From Burkholderiales bacterium (GTDB taxonomy: Bacteria > Pseudomonadota > Gammaproteobacteria > Burkholderiales > Casimicrobiaceae): 64,000 nucleotides of DNA. Location: NCBI GenBank assembly GCA_046347835.1, contig JAXMFI010000003.1, positions 41,759-105,758 of the forward strand, in the 5' to 3' direction. A program made the position numbers and the translations under genes. This document shows, piece after piece, positions 57,464-64,000 of the stretch (position 1 is the stretch's first letter; the number at the start of each line of letters is the position of its first letter). The notes beneath the pieces were generated by a model. The model saw nothing but the letters and a program-made list of their open reading frames with translations. It was not told the DNA's origin and did not search any database.

Positions 57464-58468
57464 TCAGGCGCGGTCGGCGACGCGCTCGCCGAGCAGACCC
57501 GACGGCCGGAACACGAGCACGGCGATGAGCACGAGGAACGCGAACACGTCCTGGTAGTTGGAGCCGAACAGCGTGAGGTTGGAGTCGGCCTCGCAGCGCT
57601 GCGCGAGCGCGTCCGACCACGACGCCAGGTTGCACAGGTTGGTGAGGTCGCCGACGTAGCCCGCGCCCAGCGCCTCGATGATGCCGAGCAGCAGGCCGCC
57701 CAGCATCGCGCCCGCGAGGTTGCCGATGCCGCCCAGCACGGCGGCCGAGAATGCCTTCAGGCCGAGGATGAAGCCCATCTGGTAGTGCGCGATGCCGTAG
57801 TAGCTGCCGACCATCACGCCGGCCACCGCCCCGAGCGCCGCGCCGATCACGAACGTCAGCGAGATCACCTGGTTGATGTCGATGCCCATCAGGCCGGCCA
57901 CTTCCTGGTTCTGCGCGGTCGCGCGCATCGCGATGCCGAGCTTCGTCCGGTAGACGAGCAGCAGCAGCGCCCCCATCAGCGCGAACGAGCCGACGATGAT
58001 CGCGACCTGCACGTTGGTGATCGTGGCGCCGCCCGGCGACGACGTGATGTGGTACGGGACGGTCGCGACGATCTGCGGATACGGCAGCGGGTTGCGGCTC
58101 CAGATGATCATCGCGACGTGCTGCAGGATGATCGACAGGCCGATCGCGGTGATCAGCGGCGCGAGGCGCGGGGCGCGCCGCAGCGGGCGGTAGGCGACCC
58201 GCTCGAGCGTATAGCCGACCGCCATGCAGACGGGAATCGCCGCCAGCAGCCCGGCGAGCACGATCGCGAGCGGCGGCAGCCCCGTGTTGGCACCGGCCAG
58301 CGCGACGATCGCCGAGTAGGCGACCATCGCGCCGATCATCACGACCTCGCCGTGCGCGAAGTTGATGAGCTGGATGATCCCGTAGACCATCGTGTAGCCC
58401 AGCGCGACGATCGCGTAGACGCTGCCGAGCGTGAGCCCGTTGATCATTTGCTGCAGGAAGATGTCCAG
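57464..58468 (-). CDS. livH: Branched-chain amino acid ABC permease (LivH-like); probable CTG start
   Basis: DIFLQQMINGLTLGSVYAIVALGYTMVYGI, NFAHGE, GLKAFSAAVLGGIG, RPSGLLG. Confidence 0.92.
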   Translation of the reverse strand: MDIFLQQMINGLTLGSVYAIVALGYTMVYGIIQLINFAHGEVVMIGAMVAYSAIVALAGANTGLPPLAIVLAGLLAAIPVCMAVGYTLERVAYRPLRRAPRLAPLITAIGLSIILQHVAMIIWSRNPLPYPQIVATVPYHITSSPGGATITNVQVAIIVGSFALMGALLLLVYRTKLGIAMRATAQNQEVAGLMGIDINQVISLTFVIGAALGAVAGVMVGSYYGIAHYQMGFILGLKAFSAAVLGGIGNLAGAMLGGLLLGIIEALGAGYVGDLTNLCNLASWSDALAQRCEADSNLTLFGSNYQDVFAFLVLIAVLVFRPSGLLGERVADRA

Positions 58469-58565
58469 GGGAGGGCTCCGCTCGGGTGGTCGCGCGTCAG
58501 CCGCGATTGTGGTCCTTCCGGCCGCGCGGCGGCAAGCGGCCCCTCGCCGCGTATTACCACGGGCC

Positions 58566-58595
58566 AAAAAAAACGGCGCCCGAGGGCGCCGTTTT
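58566..58595 (-). terminator. Rho-independent terminator after livK (could act in both directions)
   Basis: aaaaaaaa-cggcgcc-cgag-ggcgccg-tttt; hairpin followed by 8 U on the minus strand. Confidence 0.85.
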
Positions 58596-58610
58596 GCGGT
58601 GCGATTGCCG

Positions 58611-59906
58611 TTACTTCTTCGGGGCTTCCGGAGCCGCCGGCGCGGGCGCTGCCGCCGGTGCCGCCGCGGGAGCCGCCGGCGCCGCCCCCTGCATGGCCTT
58701 CATGAAGTCCTCGAACGAGGACGCCTTGCCGGCCTTGACCACGCCGACCGGCACGACCTTGCCTTCCTTCAGCGTGAAGATCGTGATCTCGGCGTCCTTG
58801 CGGTCGCCCTTCTCGTCGAACTCGATCTTGCCCGTGGCGCCGTTGTAGCTGATCTTCTGGAGCTCCGGCAGGTACTTGGCCGGGTCGGTCGAGTCCGCCT
58901 TCTGCATCGCGGCGATCATCAGGCCGACGGCGTCGTAGAAGAACGGCGCGTACTGCTTGACCTCGCCGTACTTCGCCTTGAACGCTTCGTTGAACTCCTT
59001 GCTCGCCGCCGAGGCCGGCAGGCCCGCTTGCGAGCAGATGAGGCCTTCCGCCGCCGCGCCGGCGAGCTTGGCCATCTCGTCGGTGCACGCGCCGTCGCCG
59101 AAGCTCATGATCGACTTGATGCCGAGCTCGCGCGCCTGCTTGATCATCGGGCCGCCGGTGGCGTCCATGCCGCCGTAGAAGATCGCGTCGGGCGCCTTGC
59201 CCTTCATCTTGGTCAGGATCGCCTTGAAGTCCGTCGTCTTGTCGGTCGCCTTCTCGCGCGCGACGATCTGGACGCCGGAAGCCTTGAGCGTCTTCTCGAC
59301 TTCGTTGGCGAGGCCTTCGCCGTAGGCGGTCGCGTCGTCGGCGATCGCGACCTTCTTGACCTTCATGTTGGCGAGGTACTGCGCGATCGCCGGGCCCTGC
59401 TGGTCGTCACGGCCGACCGTCCGGAAGATGTTCTTGAAGCCCTGCTCGGTCAGCTTCGGGTTGGTCGCCGAGCCCGAGATCATCGGAACGCCCGCCTGGT
59501 TGTAGACGGCGGACGCCGGGATCGAAACGCCCGAGTTGAGGTGGCCGGCCACGCCGGCGACCTTCGCGTCGACCATCTTCTGCGCGACCGTCGGGCCCAT
59601 CTTCGGATCGGCCTGGTCGTCCTCGCTCATCAGCTCGAACTTGACGGTCTTGCCGCCGATCTTGATCTTGCGGGCGGTGGCTTCGTCGACCGCGAGGCGC
59701 GCGCCGTTCTCGTCGTCCTTGCCGAGGTGGGCGATGCCGCCGGTCAGCGGGCCCGCGTGGCCGATCTTGACGACGACGACTTCCTCGGCCGGCGCCGCCG
59801 GCTTGGGCGCTTCGGCCGCCTTCTTGGGCTCTTCCTTGCCGCAACCGTAAACGGTGATGAGCGCGGCGGCGACGAGCGTCAGGCCGAGCTTCTTCGTGAT
59901 CATCAT
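58611..59906 (-). CDS. Branched-chain amino acid ABC substrate-binding lipoprotein (LivJ/K-like)
   Basis: Lipobox VYGC; KIGHAGPLTG, DDQADPK, GHLNSG, SATNPKLT, YGEGLA; GGAGAGGA RBS. Confidence 0.93.
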   Translation of the reverse strand: MMITKKLGLTLVAAALITVYGCGKEEPKKAAEAPKPAAPAEEVVVVKIGHAGPLTGGIAHLGKDDENGARLAVDEATARKIKIGGKTVKFELMSEDDQADPKMGPTVAQKMVDAKVAGVAGHLNSGVSIPASAVYNQAGVPMISGSATNPKLTEQGFKNIFRTVGRDDQQGPAIAQYLANMKVKKVAIADDATAYGEGLANEVEKTLKASGVQIVAREKATDKTTDFKAILTKMKGKAPDAIFYGGMDATGGPMIKQARELGIKSIMSFGDGACTDEMAKLAGAAAEGLICSQAGLPASAASKEFNEAFKAKYGEVKQYAPFFYDAVGLMIAAMQKADSTDPAKYLPELQKISYNGATGKIEFDEKGDRKDAEITIFTLKEGKVVPVGVVKAGKASSFEDFMKAMQGAAPAAPAAAPAAAPAPAAPEAPKK

Positions 59907-59969
59907 GGGGTGTCCTCTCCGAGGCGACTGACGGGGAAATTGGGCGGAACGCTGGAAACGTTGCCGGGA

Positions 59970-60006
59970 AACAGACTATTATTGTCTGTTGATCCGGGGG
60001 TGTCAA
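59970..60006 (-). promoter_or_regulatory. sigma70 promoter of the liv operon overlapped by a palindrome
   Basis: Minus strand TTGACA-17 nt-AATAAT; AACAGAC-N7-GTCTGTT inverted repeat spans the -10. Confidence 0.65.
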
Positions 60007-60256
60007 TCCGACGCCGGGTGCCCGCGCGCAGCTGCGCGGGCCGTGCGCCGGCCTCCGCGTTTCGTCGGGCCCGGGCGCGGTTCGTCGCGCGTGCGTTGCC
60101 CGAACGCGCGTACGGCGGCGACAATGCTGCGCCTTCGGGAGCGTGCGTTGGCCCGCCCCGAATCCGGACAACCGCTCCGCCGCATCCAAACAGGGTCGAC
60201 GGGGGAACAAGCGCCGCCGGGGCCGATCGTCCCGGCCGGCGGCCGAGGGAGACGTC

Positions 60257-61441
60257 ATGGGTGTGCGCATCACGCGGCGGCGGGTGGCCGTTGCCTTGGT
60301 AATGGTGCTGGTCGCGGGCGGTCTGTCGGCGGCCGTCGGCATGCGCATCGCCAAGAAGGCCCAGGAGGGCAAGGACGGCGACAAGGGCGCGCCGGTCACG
60401 CTGGAGTTCGCGCCGGCCGACCTCGCGGTCGCCGAGGCGAGCACGCTCGCCCGTTTCCTGCCCGTGTCGGGAACGATGCAGCCGGTCCGGCAGGCGACGG
60501 TCAAGGCCAAGGTGTCGGGCGACGTCCGCCAGATCACCGTGCGCGAGGGTGACGCCGTGACGGCGGGGCAGGTGCTGGTCCGCGTCGACACCGCCGACCT
60601 CGACGCGAGGCTGATCGAGCGCCAGGGGCAGCTCGAGTCCGCGAAGGCCCAGCTCGCGCTGGCCGAGAAGACGCTGGCGACCAACCAGACGCTCCTCCGG
60701 CAGAACTTCATCTCGCAGAACGCGTTCGACAACGCGGAGTCGAGCCGCAACGTGTCCCGCGGCAGCGTAATGTCGGCCGAGGCGCAGGTGCGCCTCGCGC
60801 AGAACGCGCTGAAGGACGCGGTGGCCACCGCGCCGCTGACCGGCATCGTCGCCAAGCGCCACGTGCAGCCCGGCGAGAAGGTGGCGTTCGACACGCCGCT
60901 CGTCACCGTGGTCGACTTGGCCGACATCGAGCTGCAGGCGCTGGTGCCCGCGGTCGACATCCCCGAGCTCAAGCCCGGCATGGAGGTCGACCTCACCGTC
61001 GACGGCTTCGGCGAGCGCCGCTTCACCGGCCGGATCGAGCGCATCAACCCGGCGACCGAGCCCGGCACGCGCGCGATCCACGTGTTCGTCGGCATCCCGA
61101 ATCCCGACCGCGCGCTGCGCGGCGGCATGTTCGCGACCGGCCGCGTGGCGCTCGCCGCGGGCGCGCCCGTCCGGTCGCTGCCGGCGGCCGCCGTGCGTTC
61201 GGAGGGCGGGCAGACGTTCGTGTGGGCGATCGAGGACGGCAAGCTCGCGAAGCGGATGGTCGTCACCGGCCGCCGCGACGAGGAGACCGGGCGCATCGAG
61301 ATCAAGACCGCGCTGCCGCCCGCGCTCAAGGTGCTGGCCGCGCGCTTCGAGAACCTGAAGGAGGGCGCGCCGGCGCTGGTGAAGGCGCAAGACGGCGCGC
61401 CGCCGAAGGCGAGCGCCACGCCGGCGGCCGCCGCCTCCTGA
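60257..61441 (+). CDS. RND efflux periplasmic adaptor (membrane fusion protein)
   Basis: VKAKVSG..VREGDAVTAGQVL, APLTGIV, FTGRIERINP, LRGGMFA. Confidence 0.93.
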   Translation: MGVRITRRRVAVALVMVLVAGGLSAAVGMRIAKKAQEGKDGDKGAPVTLEFAPADLAVAEASTLARFLPVSGTMQPVRQATVKAKVSGDVRQITVREGDAVTAGQVLVRVDTADLDARLIERQGQLESAKAQLALAEKTLATNQTLLRQNFISQNAFDNAESSRNVSRGSVMSAEAQVRLAQNALKDAVATAPLTGIVAKRHVQPGEKVAFDTPLVTVVDLADIELQALVPAVDIPELKPGMEVDLTVDGFGERRFTGRIERINPATEPGTRAIHVFVGIPNPDRALRGGMFATGRVALAAGAPVRSLPAAAVRSEGGQTFVWAIEDGKLAKRMVVTGRRDEETGRIEIKTALPPALKVLAARFENLKEGAPALVKAQDGAPPKASATPAAAAS

Positions 61442-61505
61442 CGCACGCGCCGCGCACGCCTGCCGCATCGGCGCCAGATGCGCCGCCACCGGAATCGCCG
61501 CCGCC

Positions 61506-61530
61506 TCTGAGCCCTGATCCCTGATTCCTG
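61506..61530. repeat. Short degenerate heptamer tandem (CCCTGAT-like)
   Basis: tctgagc-cctgatc-cctgatt-cctg directly before the RND ATG. Confidence 0.45.
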
Positions 61531-61532
61531 CC

Positions 61533-64000
61533 ATGTGGATTACCCGCGTATCGATCAACAACCCGGTCTTCGCCACGATGGTGATGGTGGCGCTGACGGT
61601 GCTCGGCCTCTTCTCGTACTCGCGGCTGCGCGTCGAGCAGATGCCGGACGTCACGCTGCCGTTCCTGATCGTGCAGACGCAGTACCCGGGCGCCTCGCCG
61701 GAGGCGGTCGAGGTCGACATCACCCGGCCGGTCGAGAACGCCGTCAACGGCGTGGCCGGCGCCAAGCTGGTCCGCTCGTGGACCGCCGAGGGCGTGAGCA
61801 CGGTGGTCGTCGAATTCCGCCTCGAAACGGACATGCTGCGCGCGATGCAGGACCTGCGCGACAAGGTGGCGCAGGTGCGCCCGGGCTTTCCGAAGGACGC
61901 GAAGGACCCGAACGTGTTCCGCGCCGACACCGAGAACCAGGAGCCGGTCGTGTCGATCGCGGTGATGTCGCAAGCCACCGGCCTGCGCGAGCTCACGTCG
62001 CTGACCGACCAGACCATCGTCAAGGGGCTCGAGAACGTGCCCGGAGTGGCCCGGATCGACGTGTTCGGCAAGGTGACGCGGCAGATCCTCGTGCAGATCA
62101 AGCCGAATGCGCTGACGGCGCTCGGCATCGGCGTCGACCAGGTGATGAATGCGATCCGTGCGGCCAACCAGGACGTGCCTGCCGGCCGCCTGTCGCGCGG
62201 GCAGAGCGACACGATCGTGCGCATCGAGGGCAGGATCAAGGACCCGGCGCAGTTCGGCCGCATCATCGTCGCCCAGCAGGGCGGGGGACCGGTCTACCTG
62301 TCGCAGGTCGCCGACGTCATCGACGGCGAGAAGGAGGAGACGTCGGTCGCCCGCGTCAACGGCCGCCCGTCGATCACGATCGACGTGTTGAAGGCGCAGG
62401 ATGCCAACATCGTCGGCACCGGCCGCGGCGTGGTCGCCGCCGTCGAGGAGCTCCGAAAGCGCATCCCGAAGGACGTCGAGCTCGCCGTCGTCCACAACGC
62501 CGGCGAGCAGGTAGAGAAAAGCGTCAACCGGGTCAAGAGCACGATCCTCGAGGGCGCGGGGCTCACCGTGCTGATCGTGTTCCTGTTCCTGCACAGCTGG
62601 CGCAGCACCGTCATCACCGGCCTCACGCTGCCGATCGCCGTGATCGCGACGTTCATGGCGCTCTACGCGTTCGGCTTCTCGCTCAACTTCCTGACACTGA
62701 TGGCGCTGTCGCTGTGCATCGGGCTCCTCATCGACGACGCGATCGTCGTCCGCGAGAACATCGTCCGGCACCTCGCGATGGGCAAGGACCACAGGACCGC
62801 GGCGCGCGAGGGCACCGACGAAATCGGCCTCGCCGTGATGGCGACGACGTTCGCGATCGTCGCCGTGTTCGTGCCGATCGCGTTCATGAGCGGCATCATC
62901 GGCCGCTTCTTCTTCCAGTTCGGCGTCACGGTCGCGGTGGCCGTGATGGTGTCGCTGTTCGTGAGCTTCACGCTCGACCCGATGCTGTCCTCGGTCTGGC
63001 ACGACCCGCCGGGCTCGCGCTTCCGGCGCGTGCCGTGGCTCGGTCGCTTCATGGAGAGGGTCGAGCAGTTCATTGAGTGGATACACCGCGTCTACGGCGC
63101 GACGCTCGAGTGGGCGCTCACGCGGCGCAAGACGGTGCTCGCGATCGCCGTCGGCATGTTCGCCGGCAGCTTCGCGCTGGTGCCGCTGATCGGCACCGAA
63201 TTCGTGCCGCAGGCCGACGATGGCTTCATCTCGCTGCGGCTCAACACGGCGGTCGGCTCGTCGCTCGACTACACGAACGGCAAGGTGCGGCAGGTCGAGG
63301 ACGTGCTGAAGCAGTTCCCGGAGATCAGGCTCGCGATCACGACGGTCGGCACCGAGGAGGGCCGCAACTACGCGCGCGTCAACCTGAAGCTCGCCGACCG
63401 CGCGGAGCGCGAGCGCTCGCAGAAGGACCTCGAGCGCGCGATCCGCAAGGCGCTGCAGCCGATTCCCGGCATCGAGCTCACCGTCGGCTTCAACCGTCCG
63501 ATCTTCGTCAACATCCTGGGGCCCGACCCGGAGACGCTGACGGCGCTCGCCAACGACCTCAAGGCGCGCGTGGCGACGATCCCGGGCATCACGGACCTCG
63601 AGCTCTCCGAGAAGCCGGCCAACCCGGCGCTGTCGGTGCGCCTCTACAACGACGCCGCGTCCGACCTCGGCATCACGGTGCAGCAGGTGGGCGCGACGCT
63701 GCGGCCGCTGCTGGCTGGCGACACGGTCAGCTACTGGCTCGCGCCGGATGCGCAGAACTACGAGGTCAACGTGCGGCTGGCGCGCGACCGCCGTCAGCTC
63801 GCCTCCGACCTCGCGAACCTCTACCTGACGACGAACAAGCGCGGGCCGGACGGCGAGCTGCGGATGGTGCCGCTGCGGCAGGTTGCCGAGATCGTGGAGA
63901 CCACGAGTCCGCAGACGATCCGCCGCGAGGAGCTGCAGCGTCGCGTCGCGCTGTTCGCCAACGCGCAGGGCCGGCCGGCCGGCGACGTCGGCAAGGACGT
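61533..64000 (+). CDS. RND efflux permease, AcrB/AcrD/AcrF family (partial, runs off window end)
   Basis: Manual translation [18 protein letters not shown]..., [33 protein letters not shown]. Confidence 0.93.
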   Translation, partial: MWITRVSINNPVFATMVMVALTVLGLFSYSRLRVEQMPDVTLPFLIVQTQYPGASPEAVEVDITRPVENAVNGVAGAKLVRSWTAEGVSTVVVEFRLETDMLRAMQDLRDKVAQVRPGFPKDAKDPNVFRADTENQEPVVSIAVMSQATGLRELTSLTDQTIVKGLENVPGVARIDVFGKVTRQILVQIKPNALTALGIGVDQVMNAIRAANQDVPAGRLSRGQSDTIVRIEGRIKDPAQFGRIIVAQQGGGPVYLSQVADVIDGEKEETSVARVNGRPSITIDVLKAQDANIVGTGRGVVAAVEELRKRIPKDVELAVVHNAGEQVEKSVNRVKSTILEGAGLTVLIVFLFLHSWRSTVITGLTLPIAVIATFMALYAFGFSLNFLTLMALSLCIGLLIDDAIVVRENIVRHLAMGKDHRTAAREGTDEIGLAVMATTFAIVAVFVPIAFMSGIIGRFFFQFGVTVAVAVMVSLFVSFTLDPMLSSVWHDPPGSRFRRVPWLGRFMERVEQFIEWIHRVYGATLEWALTRRKTVLAIAVGMFAGSFALVPLIGTEFVPQADDGFISLRLNTAVGSSLDYTNGKVRQVEDVLKQFPEIRLAITTVGTEEGRNYARVNLKLADRAERERSQKDLERAIRKALQPIPGIELTVGFNRPIFVNILGPDPETLTALANDLKARVATIPGITDLELSEKPANPALSVRLYNDAASDLGITVQQVGATLRPLLAGDTVSYWLAPDAQNYEVNVRLARDRRQLASDLANLYLTTNKRGPDGELRMVPLRQVAEIVETTSPQTIRREELQRRVALFANAQGRPAGDVGKD

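Noticed and set aside
55814-58705. 963-aa plus-strand ORF
   Set aside because: Antisense to pqi and livH genes.
61535-63076. 513-aa plus-strand ORF in the track
   Set aside because: Wrong frame; the RND permease starts at ATG 61533 and is missing from the track because it has no stop within the window.

Overview
GC-rich bacterial chromosomal window. Gene content and order point to a Betaproteobacterium (inference). Most of it is housekeeping: rnb-like/tonB-like/aroE/mtgA/mgtE; nadD-rsfS-rlmH-maf-rng; proA; rpiA; aceE-aceF; pepP-ubiH-dusB-fis-purH-purD-hemF; a liv-type ABC operon; and the start of an RND efflux operon. Small accessory inserts are scattered through it. I see no rRNA, tRNA, CRISPR array, transposase, integrase or prophage. 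The most noteworthy signals are: (1) a compositionally foreign two-gene cassette encoding a FemAB/GNAT-like protein and a PaaK/F390-type adenylate-forming ligase (16.7-19.3 kb); (2) a complete pqiA-pqiA'-pqiB-pqiC module inside the liv operon, between livH and livM; (3) an ECF sigma/anti-sigma/secreted-repeat-protein module with two matching GGAATA-N15-TGTT promoters, split by an orphan ABC substrate-binding gene; (4) an ArsR-rhodanese regulator with a perfect operator palindrome, divergent from a sterol-desaturase/DsrE pair; (5) at least five distinct short palindromic (REP-like) repeat families, one translated in frame inside the AceF linker; (6) several apparently leaderless genes and a probable CTG start for livH. 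Product calls come from motif recognition by eye; no database searches were run.
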